64,000 nucleotides of DNA from an uncultured Thermoplasmata archaeon (GTDB taxonomy: Archaea > Thermoplasmatota > Thermoplasmata > Halarchaeoplasmatales > Halarchaeoplasmataceae), in the NCBI GenBank assembly GCA_964585175.1, contig CAZPCW010000001.1, positions 12,314-76,313 on the forward strand. The letters run 5' to 3'. Positions 36,303 to 46,019 of the stretch are shown one piece after another. Below the pieces are notes generated by a model that was not told the origin of the DNA, did no database searches, and saw only the letters and a list, made by a program, of their open reading frames with translations. The position numbers and the translations under genes are program-made. The first letter of the stretch is position 1. Every line of letters begins with the position of its first letter.

Positions 36303-38873
36303 ATGAGTTCCTTGGACGAGTTGATCTCAAATCTTGGCCGATTCTGGAAAAGAAAAAATGCTTTCCAAGAACTAGTAAAGAAAGGAAAGAAAGATCCAGA
36401 AGAGGTTGTTCCTAAACTCCTGAGAAGATTAGAAAGTAATGGCGGTAAGGTTGAGAAGAGAATCAAAAAAGTGTATGAAGAAATAGCGAAGGATATCGAT
36501 CTTGTTCCCATACTCTACAGTGTTCCAACTGTTGAGAATCTATGGACTTTTACAGAAAGTGATAATTCTATTTCCTGCGTATGTGCAGGGGAATTGGATG
36601 ATGATAATATCATGGCGGTTGGGTCTAGATCGGGAACAGTCTACATCTTGGATAAGGAAGGAGAGGAGAAGTGGAAAAAAGAGGATATAACAAGCGGTAT
36701 CAGCAGTCTCTTGGTAGATGAACTTGGAGACAAAAAGGTCGTTATAGCAGGATCGGGAAAGGCTTTCGGCAGTTCAGAGGAAAATAACGTTTACGTATGG
36801 AGCGAAAAGGGGGGATCTATTTGGACTGGAATTCAACCAGAATCTTGGATCACCGATTTAAAGACCGGGAGATTGAAGGGGAGGAATGTTGTAGTAGCGG
36901 GATGCGGAGGTTTGGAGGTCAGGTCCACCAATCTGATCGTATGGGATGAAGAAGGAAATCTCTTATGGGCTAGAGATGAACCAAATTCATGGATAAGCGG
37001 AGTAAGGATCACGGAACTAAATGGAAAAAAAGCCGTTATAGGTAGTTCGGGAGATAACAATATTTACGGGTGGGACGCTACTGGAAGTTTGGTATGGGAG
37101 GGGACGGAGTCAGAAGAATCTTTAGTCGGTCTAACAGTAGGCGATTTAGGAGGAAAAGAGGGTATTATAAGCATATCTTCAAATGTTTATGCATGGGACA
37201 AGAAAAAAAATCTCTTGTGGAAGAGTACTCATCCCGATTCTTGGCTCAGATGTGTTGATCTTGGTGACTTCAATGGTAAAAAGATGATAGTCGCAGGTTC
37301 AGAAGAAGGAATCGTGTACGGATGGGATGGAAAAGGTGATCTTGTGTTCAAAGACGAATCCCTAAACGGTGAGATCAATACGATCAAGATCGGAGAGATC
37401 GACGGGAAAAATGTCATAGTCGCCGGAACGAAAGTTGGCAGCCTTTACATTTGGAAAGAAGAAAGCTCTTTTCCTTCGGTATCTAACGTACCAAGAGACG
37501 CCATAAATGAGATCGCTTTTGGAAATTTTGAAGATCAAAATGTCATGATTTCAGGATCTGAAGATAAAAAAGTCTATGTCTTCAGGTATGAACTTACAAC
37601 TTTAGATGATCTTATTTCAAATACTGAAGAAGTAATACCAGTTCCCGATCTGAAAAGAAAATATAAAAAATTGAAAAAATCGGTAGATACCGATACGCCG
37701 GGTAAAGACAAAGAGATATACAATAGATTTCTCAAGCTCGGCGAAAAGATCAAAAATAGACAGGACAAAGGAGATGAGATAATAAGTGACATGAAGACCA
37801 TACAGGAGCACATCGAGAAGTTTAGAGATAAAGGAATAGATACAAGCGGTTTAACAGATAGATTTGAAAGATCAAAAATATATCTGAAAGATGGAAAGAT
37901 TAGGAATTGTGAAAATTATCTTGACGATCTATTGAAGGATTTATCCGATATCCAGAAAAGATTAGACAAGAAGAAAGAAAAAAACAAAAAGATAAGGAAT
38001 TGGATAGAAAAACTTGAAGTAGATATCGACACTGAGTCGATCCCAAAAGAGGCTATAGAGAATCTTGAACCGATCTATTCCAAATATGAAGAGATCTTAA
38101 AAGAACTCATAATAGAGGAAAATATAGATGAATTAAGAGAAAAGATACAGAAATTTGACAAAGTAACCGATAAGTACCATGAAGTGTCGGCCCAACATCG
38201 TAATGCTTTCAAAGTTTCAAAAAATTTAAACGAATTCGTGACTGAAAGATTGAAAAACCTGAAATCCGATCGTCAAAAACTGAAAAGATTGAAGCGTAAA
38301 AAAGAACTAGCTTTGAAAAATATACAGGACTCTACAAGCAGTGTCATCCTACAGTCACGATCACAGAAAACGTGGATCTCACCTGATGACCTATTAAATA
38401 GGATTAGAGAAATAGAAGATAAACTAAAAAATACTTTAGAAGATTTAATGTTGGATATAGTAAAAAACACTGTGGATATAAAAATGAAGATAGGATACGA
38501 AAACCAAGAATTCTTCATTCCAAAAGGCTATCCCTCAAAAGAAAAAGTAAATTTTGGATTGAGAAAGATTCGAGAAGAAATAAAGGAGATAGATGACGAG
38601 TCTTTAGAGAAAAGTATAGATTTCAATAAATTGAACCAAAAAATCGGCAATTCCGATCTAAAAACCTCTTCAAAGTTGATGAATGATATCGCTCATGAGA
38701 TATTTAGATACAAGGCTATTCTTAGTTTAGAAGAAACTCTGAAAAGTGAAGGAAACAGTAAAAGTTTGTATGAAAATTTTGAAATTCCAGAGGACTTTAA
38801 AACTAATATTCTAGCAAGGATAAAAAGAAAGAAAAAAGAAGTGAAAGCGAAAATGATCGAAATCCAAAAATAG
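36303..38873 (+). CDS. Beta-propeller (PQQ/WD-like repeats) protein with a long C-terminal Lys/Glu-rich coiled coil
   Basis: The N-terminal 430 aa or so is tandem 40-aa blades with conserved (V/I)YxWD...G.LxW and interleaved G(K/R)xVVIAGS (NVYVWSEKGGSIW, LIVWDEEGNLLW, NIYGWDATGSLVW, VYAWDKKKNLLW, IVYGWDGKGDLVF). The C-terminal 420 aa is K/E/I-rich with heptad character. It sits between the HK operon and the cheF paralogs. Confidence 0.5.
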   Translation: MSSLDELISNLGRFWKRKNAFQELVKKGKKDPEEVVPKLLRRLESNGGKVEKRIKKVYEEIAKDIDLVPILYSVPTVENLWTFTESDNSISCVCAGELDDDNIMAVGSRSGTVYILDKEGEEKWKKEDITSGISSLLVDELGDKKVVIAGSGKAFGSSEENNVYVWSEKGGSIWTGIQPESWITDLKTGRLKGRNVVVAGCGGLEVRSTNLIVWDEEGNLLWARDEPNSWISGVRITELNGKKAVIGSSGDNNIYGWDATGSLVWEGTESEESLVGLTVGDLGGKEGIISISSNVYAWDKKKNLLWKSTHPDSWLRCVDLGDFNGKKMIVAGSEEGIVYGWDGKGDLVFKDESLNGEINTIKIGEIDGKNVIVAGTKVGSLYIWKEESSFPSVSNVPRDAINEIAFGNFEDQNVMISGSEDKKVYVFRYELTTLDDLISNTEEVIPVPDLKRKYKKLKKSVDTDTPGKDKEIYNRFLKLGEKIKNRQDKGDEIISDMKTIQEHIEKFRDKGIDTSGLTDRFERSKIYLKDGKIRNCENYLDDLLKDLSDIQKRLDKKKEKNKKIRNWIEKLEVDIDTESIPKEAIENLEPIYSKYEEILKELIIEENIDELREKIQKFDKVTDKYHEVSAQHRNAFKVSKNLNEFVTERLKNLKSDRQKLKRLKRKKELALKNIQDSTSSVILQSRSQKTWISPDDLLNRIREIEDKLKNTLEDLMLDIVKNTVDIKMKIGYENQEFFIPKGYPSKEKVNFGLRKIREEIKEIDDESLEKSIDFNKLNQKIGNSDLKTSSKLMNDIAHEIFRYKAILSLEETLKSEGNSKSLYENFEIPEDFKTNILARIKRKKKEVKAKMIEIQK

Positions 38874-38956
38874 ATTATGAATATCTAATCGTTGGGATTA
38901 AATAGTAAATGAATCATGATATATATTGTAATTGATAGATGATGAGGTATAACTAG

Positions 38957-39826
38957 ATGGGAAAACAAAACGTACTGTATAACCAAGTAGAAAAGGCGAT
39001 AATACCCGCCGCAGAAGGTGATCGATACTTTAGAAATAAAGACTGGATCAAAACAACTGTTGCAGTAACTGGAGAATATCTAGTCTATAAAAATTCGGAA
39101 GGCGAAGGTTCGATTCCATTGAATGAAATCTACTATATGGATAGAAAAGTGGGCTACTCGAAAGCTCAAGGGGGAGCTGTTCTCAATTTCAATTATAAGC
39201 AGAATGGAGAAACTTATATGGGGTTGATAAAGACGTCCCATAAAGATTACTTGAAGAGAACTATACTTATTGCAACTATTTCGAATATTCCCATCTATTT
39301 TATTTCTCCCTACCAGAGCGGAGGAAGGATTCATACCGATAAAGAATGGAAAAAAGGAATTTTTCAGGTGACTAAGAACAAGGTCATAATTAAATCTCCA
39401 AACGGTTCGGTGGTTAATGAAATACCCGAGAGAAAAATATTCGGTGAAAGTGAGGATAAAATTAAGGGATACGATGCCATAAAGATCAGATACGAGAAAG
39501 ATGACGAGGAATTAGCTGATCTGATGTTCTCGCCGGAAGTTTCATTGGCTATACTGAGCGATTTCTTTTCTGAAGTTCTGATGAAGAAAAAGGGTAAAAA
39601 AAGAAAACTTTCAGAAGATGAAAAAGAAATCATGATGGCTATCCAGACGGGGATCAATTCTTCCACCGAAATAGCCGAATTGATGGAGATGGATCACGAA
39701 GATGTATTAAACTCTATAGACACGCTAAAGGATAAGAACGTGATAAATATAGTCGGAAGAGAAAAAATAGTCGAGTTAAGTTCAGAAGGAAAACAGGCTT
39801 TAGATGATTCAGGCGAATCGATGTGA
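38957..39826 (+). CDS. CheF-like protein (DUF439-like), paralog B
   Basis: Same family as 32745 and 39880. Directly upstream of cheW-cheR and facing cheA-cheB. Confidence 0.55.
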   Translation: MGKQNVLYNQVEKAIIPAAEGDRYFRNKDWIKTTVAVTGEYLVYKNSEGEGSIPLNEIYYMDRKVGYSKAQGGAVLNFNYKQNGETYMGLIKTSHKDYLKRTILIATISNIPIYFISPYQSGGRIHTDKEWKKGIFQVTKNKVIIKSPNGSVVNEIPERKIFGESEDKIKGYDAIKIRYEKDDEELADLMFSPEVSLAILSDFFSEVLMKKKGKKRKLSEDEKEIMMAIQTGINSSTEIAELMEMDHEDVLNSIDTLKDKNVINIVGREKIVELSSEGKQALDDSGESM

Positions 39827-39879
39827 GATTATATTTATGAAAAGTTTCATTATGAATACCAAAATGAAGAGGGAAAAAA

Positions 39880-40743
39880 ATGGCTCAAGATCAATTGTAT
39901 AACAATGTTGACGAAGCGATAATACCAGCTGGACAAGGAGGAAAGATCAAGGGGAATTTAAGCTGGGAGAAGACAAGGATAGTGATCACCAGTAAATACT
40001 TGATATACAAAGGGATGAATTCTGAGGGTTACATACCACTCAACAATATATTTAATATGGATAAAAAATTAGATTTTCAAAAAGGAAAGGGAAAAAATAT
40101 ACTTAACTTCTTTTATACAAAAGACGAAAAAAACTATTTCGGTCTGATCAGATCTAATCAGAAGAGTTATCTAAAAAGGAGTGTTTTGGTCGCATCGATC
40201 TCGAGTATACCCATCTACTACATATCTCCTTATCGGGTTGGGGGAAGGATTAACACTAGTAAAGAATGGGAACGAGGTATTTTGGAAATAAATCCAAGAT
40301 CTATGAAGATAAAAAATGTGGGAGAAGAATTAGTAAACGAATTATCCGAGGATGATATATATAGAATAGATTCTGACAAGGTAAAAGGTCATGATGCGGT
40401 AAAGATAAGCTACGAGAAAAACGAAGAAGAATTCACCGATCTCCTTTATTCTCCGGGTATTTCTCTCTCGATCCTTTACGATTATTTCGAAGAAATTTTG
40501 ATAGGAAAAGACGTTACGGATATAACTATCTCTGAACTGGAAAAGGAGATGATCTTGGCGATCGAAAGTGGTATCAACTCGTCTAAAGAACTCTCGGATC
40601 TGATCGAAAGTGACCATGAAAAGGTCTTAAATAGCTTGAAAAGATTGAAGGAAAAAGGGTTAATAGAAGAGATAGGCATAGATAAGATTGTTGATCTCAC
40701 ATCTCAAGGTAAAAAGAAGATAGGCGATTCGATAGAAAGGTGA
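39880..40743 (+). CDS. CheF-like protein (DUF439-like), paralog C
   Basis: About 45% identical to paralog B along the whole length. C-terminal wHTH-like block EKEMILAIESGINSSKELSDLIESDHEKVLNSLKRLKEKGLI. Confidence 0.55.
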   Translation: MAQDQLYNNVDEAIIPAGQGGKIKGNLSWEKTRIVITSKYLIYKGMNSEGYIPLNNIFNMDKKLDFQKGKGKNILNFFYTKDEKNYFGLIRSNQKSYLKRSVLVASISSIPIYYISPYRVGGRINTSKEWERGILEINPRSMKIKNVGEELVNELSEDDIYRIDSDKVKGHDAVKISYEKNEEEFTDLLYSPGISLSILYDYFEEILIGKDVTDITISELEKEMILAIESGINSSKELSDLIESDHEKVLNSLKRLKEKGLIEEIGIDKIVDLTSQGKKKIGDSIER

Positions 40744-40747
40744 TCTG

Positions 40748-41293
40748 ATGGAAAGAGAAGATATGGATATAGACGACACTAAAAAAGAATTAGAAGAAGA
40801 AGTCAAAGAAAAGATAGAGGGGATGAAAGGAATCGATAGAGAAAATGAACTCCTCTTTACTATTTTTGAACTAAGCGGCGAAGATTATGGCGTCTCAGTG
40901 GACGAGATGGATGAAATAGTTAAGGATGTAGATACTTTCAATATTCCCGGTGCTCCAGATTATGTGTTGGGTGCTGCAAAATTAAGAGGAGATGTGGTTC
41001 CCGTTATTGATCTTAAAAAAGTTCTAGGAATAGGTGAAACCAGAGAAGGATGGAAGGAGGTACTATTAATAACTCATGAGGATGAAAAATACGCCATGCC
41101 AGTAGATAAGTTAAAAGATATGATCACACCCGAAAGAGAACAGTTAGTCGATCCCACTTCTATCACGAATTTAAGGGACAAGATGCTCAAATGGATAATC
41201 AGCCTAGAGGATAATAAGAGTATACGAGTAATAGACATGGATGAATTGATAAGCAAAAAAACTGAAGACCTTGATATTAAAGAGAAAAGTTAG
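40748..41293 (+). CDS. cheW: Chemotaxis coupling protein CheW
   Basis: LLFTIFELSGEDYGVSVDEMDEIVKDVDTFNIPGAPDYVLGAAKLRGDVVPVIDLKKVLG is a CheW-like domain. 181 aa. Confidence 0.85.
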   Translation: MEREDMDIDDTKKELEEEVKEKIEGMKGIDRENELLFTIFELSGEDYGVSVDEMDEIVKDVDTFNIPGAPDYVLGAAKLRGDVVPVIDLKKVLGIGETREGWKEVLLITHEDEKYAMPVDKLKDMITPEREQLVDPTSITNLRDKMLKWIISLEDNKSIRVIDMDELISKKTEDLDIKEKS

Positions 41294-41308
41294 GGCGGGT
41301 AGAATAGG

Positions 41309-42130
41309 ATGCCAGAACTAGAAGAAAATACTGATTCTAAGGGATTTAAAAGACTTAGAAAAGAAGTATCCCGAAAAATAGGCGTAGATTATGATAATTA
41401 CTCTAAGCGGCACTTGAGAAGACGTTTTCACGCAAGGATGAGAGTCGTAGAAACTCCAAAATTTGAGGGATATCTCGACTATATCAAAAAACACGAAGAA
41501 GAGATCGAAGAGCTTAGAGATCTCCTTACGGTGAACGTGACTAGATTTAAAAGAGATGAGGAAGTCTGGGAAATTATAGAGGATGAACTTATACCCGAAT
41601 TAATCGAAAATAAGGGTACAGGTGTTTTAGATAGTTTTGATGTCTGGTCAGCTGGATGTGCGACCGGAGAAGAACCATATTCGCTTGCTATCAGTTATTT
41701 AAAAAATAATCCTCCTGCCAATCTCTCTTTTTCCGTCACCGCTACAGATTTGGATAATGAAGCCCTAGATTTTGCGAGAAACGGCGAATATCCCAGTAAA
41801 TCGATCAAAAACTTATCCGAATCAGAAAAAAGAAAGTTTTTTAAAGATAAAAAGGGCGGTTGGCAGGTAAAAGGCAAGGTCAAAGAATTGGTGGAGTTCA
41901 AGGAAAAAGACATCTTCAAAACCTCCTTTAAAAAGAAATTCGATCTTATACTCTGTAGAAATCTGATGATTTACTTCAACAACGAGGCTAAAAGCAAATT
42001 GATGGAAAGGCTCGTAGAAAGTTTAAGCAAAGGAGGCTATCTTGTTATAGGTATGTCTGAAAATTTAAGATCACCAGCTAAGGACAAGGTTGAATCCTAC
42101 AATTTAAAAAGAAGGGTGTTTAAGAGGTAG
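41309..42130 (+). CDS. cheR: Chemotaxis protein methyltransferase CheR
   Basis: SAM-binding core FDVWSAGCATGEEPYSLAIS, a CheR N-terminal helical domain, and LILCRNLMIYF. Confidence 0.85.
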   Translation: MPELEENTDSKGFKRLRKEVSRKIGVDYDNYSKRHLRRRFHARMRVVETPKFEGYLDYIKKHEEEIEELRDLLTVNVTRFKRDEEVWEIIEDELIPELIENKGTGVLDSFDVWSAGCATGEEPYSLAISYLKNNPPANLSFSVTATDLDNEALDFARNGEYPSKSIKNLSESEKRKFFKDKKGGWQVKGKVKELVEFKEKDIFKTSFKKKFDLILCRNLMIYFNNEAKSKLMERLVESLSKGGYLVIGMSENLRSPAKDKVESYNLKRRVFKR

Positions 42131-44096
42131 TCTTTATCCAGTGAAGCGTGTCGAGTATCATCGCTATAGTACCGTCTCCAAGTATCGTTGCCCCCATGAA
42201 TCCTCCGAGACCCTGAAGATGTTCCGGCAGCGGTTTTATAACTATCTCCTTTTCGGTTAGGACGTCGTCTATAACTAGACCGGCGGTCTTTCCTTCTTTG
42301 GAAACGATCGAGACTTTTAGCTTTTCTTTTTCCTCTTTTATAGAACTCGCAGGATATCCTTCAAACTCCTCTTGCAGATAGATAAGAGGTAAATATTCAT
42401 CCCTGATTTTCACGAAATCATTTCCTTTGATTTTTTCTATCTGCTCCAAATCGACCTGAGCAGTTTCAACTACGTCTTCTAAAGGTACAGCGTAAGTACC
42501 GTCTCCGACCTTAATCAGGAATGCCTGAACTATTGCCACCGAAGGAGGTAATGTCAATCTGATAGTTGTACCTTCATCGATCTCTGACTCAACGTTTACT
42601 TCTCCACCAAGAGAATCCATGGTTTTCTTAACCACTTCCATGCCAACTCCTCTTCCAGAGACTTTAGTAACCTCGTCTTTGGTGGAGAAATGGGAATTGA
42701 ATATAAACATGTATAAATCTTCATCTGATATTTCTTCAGCTTCTTCTTCGTCTATAAGATCATTATCGATGGCCTTTTCCTTGATCTTCTCTTTATTCAA
42801 TCCTCGACCGTCATCGCTTACTTCTATTACAACGTTCTCCTCTTTTTGGGTCGCGGCTAGTTTGATCTTACCTTTTTTTGGCTTTCCCTTCTTTTCTCTT
42901 TCTTCTACAGGCTCAATACCATGATCTATAGCGTTCCTCAAAAGATGAACTAAAGGATCGGTTATTCGGTCGAGAATGGTTCTATCCAGCTCTATTTCTT
43001 CACCCTGCATTTCGAAATCGACCTTTTTATTATTCTCCTTAGCAAGATCTCTCACCATCCTCGGGAAGCGTCTAAAGACGGTCTTGACTTCCGTCATCTT
43101 CATGTCTAGGACCGATTCTCTCAACTCGCTGGATATCCTGTCTATTCTCCCGGTCACATTAGAAAGTCTATCCGATTCCAAAGAGCGAGAAAGATCTTCC
43201 AAAGTACCTTTTGAAATAACTAATTCACTTACTAGGTTCATTATATGTTCGATATCTTCTAGGTCTACCTTTATCTTGTCCGATGTCGAAATCTTTTTTT
43301 CCTTCTTTTTCTTTTTTTCCTTTTTTTCTTCGGTTTCTTCTTCCTTTTCTGGTTTTTCTACCCCCTTCTTTTGCTTTAGGAGACCTTCTCCAGCTCCTCT
43401 TCTTACTTCGATTGTTAACCCGGCTGTTTTATCTAAATCTTTTTCTTCTATCTCTTCTTCAGTCACGATATAAAACTGGTTATGCTGTGGATCTACTTCA
43501 TCAGGATCGGGATAGAACATTTCACATTCAAAATCTAACTTTTCTTGGACCTCCATGCCTCTAACAGCGGGCAGCTTTTCCTCTTGAGAAACTTCCAATA
43601 TACCTAAGGAGATCTCTTCCTCTGCTTTTTCTTTTAATTTCTCTTGCACTTCGTCTGGGACATCTATCTCTTCTATTTCTTCAGACTCTTCGACTTCAAC
43701 CTCTTCTTCAGTGCTCCCCTCTTCCTTTGTAACTTCACCTCCTTCTATTAGCTCGTTGAGCTCATTTACCAAATGGCCATAATCTTCGTCTTCTCCGCTA
43801 GCGAGTATTTCTATGGTGTCAACACATTCAAAAAGAAGATCGAAAAGCTCTTCCTCTACCTTACCCCCTTCGCCCTTCAACTTATCAAAAAGTTCCTCCA
43901 TCCTATGACTTATCTTCTGGATACCGTCATAACCCATTGTGCCCGCCATACCCTTCAAAGTATGGCTGGCTCTATAGATTTCTTCTATCAATTCGATATC
44001 CTTCGGATCATCTTCCAATGCCAAAAGATTCTCATTCATCTTTTCAATTTGTTCTCTTGTCTCTTCTTCAAACATTTCTTGATATTCTTCACTCAT
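42120..44096 (-). CDS. cheA: Chemotaxis histidine kinase CheA
   Basis: Hpt P1 with H-box ASHTLKGMAGTMG, a dimerisation domain, HATPase_c (VIEVSDDGRGLNKEKI...STKDEVTKVSGRGVGMEVVKK) and a C-terminal CheW-like P5 (DGTYAVPLEDVVE...AGLVIDDVLTEKEIVIKPL). Confidence 0.9.
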   Translation of the reverse strand: MSEEYQEMFEEETREQIEKMNENLLALEDDPKDIELIEEIYRASHTLKGMAGTMGYDGIQKISHRMEELFDKLKGEGGKVEEELFDLLFECVDTIEILASGEDEDYGHLVNELNELIEGGEVTKEEGSTEEEVEVEESEEIEEIDVPDEVQEKLKEKAEEEISLGILEVSQEEKLPAVRGMEVQEKLDFECEMFYPDPDEVDPQHNQFYIVTEEEIEEKDLDKTAGLTIEVRRGAGEGLLKQKKGVEKPEKEEETEEKKEKKKKKEKKISTSDKIKVDLEDIEHIMNLVSELVISKGTLEDLSRSLESDRLSNVTGRIDRISSELRESVLDMKMTEVKTVFRRFPRMVRDLAKENNKKVDFEMQGEEIELDRTILDRITDPLVHLLRNAIDHGIEPVEEREKKGKPKKGKIKLAATQKEENVVIEVSDDGRGLNKEKIKEKAIDNDLIDEEEAEEISDEDLYMFIFNSHFSTKDEVTKVSGRGVGMEVVKKTMDSLGGEVNVESEIDEGTTIRLTLPPSVAIVQAFLIKVGDGTYAVPLEDVVETAQVDLEQIEKIKGNDFVKIRDEYLPLIYLQEEFEGYPASSIKEEKEKLKVSIVSKEGKTAGLVIDDVLTEKEIVIKPLPEHLQGLGGFMGATILGDGTIAMILDTLHWIKTTS

Positions 44097-45145
44097 TATT
44101 TCTCCTCCATAAACATATCAACCAATTTCTTTCCAATTTCAGAAGGTGTTCCTTCAAAATCAGGAGTTGTTTTATTTTTCGCAGATTTAGGCATCCCATA
44201 TACAACGGAACTCTCTTCATCTTGGAGGGCAAGAAAACCATCGTTATCTTTTACTATTTTAGCTCCGGTAGCTCCATCCTTTCCCATTCCAGTCAAAACT
44301 ACCCCAATAACTTTATCCCGATATACTTCGGCGGCGGATTGGAAAAGATAATCCGCAGAGGGTCTAACGCCGTGTAATTTGGGTTTTTTCTTGAGGACTA
44401 TAGATTTCTCTTCATTCCATTCTCTTACCATTCCATGATAGTCCGAAGGGATTATGTAGATATTATTAGGTTCGATATTATCATGATCTTTAGCCTCCCT
44501 AACTGGGAGCTCAAGTTTTGAATTCAATGTAGAAGCTAGATATTCGGTAAAATCAGGGGGCATATGCTGGACTACAACGATAGGAACAGGGAAATTAGAG
44601 GGTAGATTAGATAGTAAGCTGTCTAAAGCTCTCGTCCCGCCTGTGGATGAAGCTATAGTGATAATATTATCTTTAAATTTTTCTGGGACGAATTCCTTTT
44701 CTATCGGCTTTCCCTTTTCCAACTCCAAAGATTCCATATCGGTCTTTCCAGCATTGATAACTTTTTGAGTGATCTCGTCTGATTTCTTCCTGATATCCAT
44801 CGATAAAGAACCAGATGTCTTTGGGATGAAATCCACAGCTCCCGCTTCTAGAGCCTTCACTGACATCCCAGTCTTCTTATCTTCCATCGCGGAAACTATA
44901 ACGACTGGTGTAGGATTGTCGGACATGATTTTTTTTACGGCGGTGAGCCCGTCCATCACGGGCATCTCGATGTCCATTAATATGACATCAGGATCTTTCT
45001 CTCTGTTAAGTTCTATAGCTTCTTCACCGTTACCACCAGTGCCTACTACTTCTATCTGTTCATTCTCTTCAAGTATGTCTGTTAATATGGTAACCATGAA
45101 ATTCGAATCATCTACTACGACAGCGCTGATTTTACTTGAAGTCAT
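44096..45145 (-). CDS. cheB: Chemotaxis methylesterase CheB (REC plus methylesterase)
   Basis: N-terminal receiver (VVVDDSNFMV...DVILMDIEMPVMDGL) and C-terminal esterase (IASSTGGTRALDSLLSNLP, VVVQHMPPDF, LTGMGKDGATG). Its stop overlaps the cheA start. Confidence 0.9.
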   Translation of the reverse strand: MTSSKISAVVVDDSNFMVTILTDILEENEQIEVVGTGGNGEEAIELNREKDPDVILMDIEMPVMDGLTAVKKIMSDNPTPVVIVSAMEDKKTGMSVKALEAGAVDFIPKTSGSLSMDIRKKSDEITQKVINAGKTDMESLELEKGKPIEKEFVPEKFKDNIITIASSTGGTRALDSLLSNLPSNFPVPIVVVQHMPPDFTEYLASTLNSKLELPVREAKDHDNIEPNNIYIIPSDYHGMVREWNEEKSIVLKKKPKLHGVRPSADYLFQSAAEVYRDKVIGVVLTGMGKDGATGAKIVKDNDGFLALQDEESSVVYGMPKSAKNKTTPDFEGTPSEIGKKLVDMFMEEK

Positions 45146-45312
45146 TTATCGAATTATGCTTAGGATGATATTTATAGTTTCTCAAGATTAACAAAATTTG
45201 CTATTAGTGATAGTGTCAGACGAATAGATAAATCAATAGAGGGTCAACTTGGGCATCCAGAGTGTTGTTATTACCCAATCGAAAAATATATAAGTAACTT
45301 ACTCGTTGTTTT

Positions 45313-45330
45313 GTCCGACAAAGTGTCAGA
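45313..45330 (+). promoter_or_regulatory. Tandem GTCnGAC sites (GTCCGAC-AAAGT-GTCAGAC) between a TATA-like box and the ATG at 45341
   Basis: The same architecture (GTCGGAC-GAAGT-GTCCGAC, 61420-61438, minus strand) lies between a TTTAAATAA box and the ATG at 61398. A third single site GTGTCAGACGAA is at 45214-45225. Confidence 0.45.
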
Positions 45331-45340
45331 CGATGGTGGT

Positions 45341-45490
45341 ATGATGGATGAAAGAAATGTAGACGAACTGATAAAGAAAATGCACGAAAAAGAAGGAAAC
45401 ACGGTCGAGTATCTGAAAGAATCCTATAGTGAAGAAGAACTTGCCAATTTGAATAAGAAAATATCTGGAGAATTACATCTCAAAAACTAA
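45341..45490 (+). CDS. Possible small acidic protein (49 aa) between cheB and cheY
   Basis: The ATG at 45341 is preceded by a TATA-like AAAATATATAAG (45284-45295) and by the tandem GTCnGAC motif. The ORF MMDERNVDELIKKMHEKEGNTVEYLKESYSEEELANLNKKISGELHLKN has the acidic composition typical of this genome. It is below the ORF-track size cutoff. Confidence 0.3.
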   Translation: MMDERNVDELIKKMHEKEGNTVEYLKESYSEEELANLNKKISGELHLKN

Positions 45491-45545
45491 AAAAATCAGG
45501 TGTTGTTTTAATAGTACAACACTCTCTTATCTTTTTATTATTATA

Positions 45546-45908
45546 TTATTCCTCAAGGACTTTTCCTATCTCTTCTAAAACACTATCCTTTTTAAACGGC
45601 TTAACTATATAACCATCGGCTCCTCTCTTTATTGCTTCCGTGACTTTCTCATGCTGGTCCACAGACGTACACATGATCACTTTCTGAGTTTCGTCATGGT
45701 TTTTTATCTCCGATAATGCCTCAAATCCGTCCATCTCGGGCATAACGACGTCGAGAGTCACGAGATCGGGATCTAGTTCTTTTACCTTTTCGACAGCCTC
45801 CTTTCCATTCTCAGCCTCGTCAGCTACGTTGTATTTAACTGAGAGGATCTTTCTAAGCATCTTTCTCATGAACTTAGTATCATCCACGATCAACACTCTT
45901 TTAGCCAT
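45546..45908 (-). CDS. cheY: Chemotaxis response regulator CheY
   Basis: KRVLIVDDTKFMRKMLRKIL...DLVTLDVVMPEMDGFEALSEIK...ADGYIVKPF; 120 aa single REC. Confidence 0.85.
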   Translation of the reverse strand: MAKRVLIVDDTKFMRKMLRKILSVKYNVADEAENGKEAVEKVKELDPDLVTLDVVMPEMDGFEALSEIKNHDETQKVIMCTSVDQHEKVTEAIKRGADGYIVKPFKKDSVLEEIGKVLEE

Positions 45909-46019
45909 TGTAAAATGTGAGGGTGATTAGATATATATAATTTTTCGGATTTCTTTTGATTTTTTGATAGGAAACTACGAAGATATCTCTATCTACCGAT
46001 CATCATTTAGATTTGTCAA

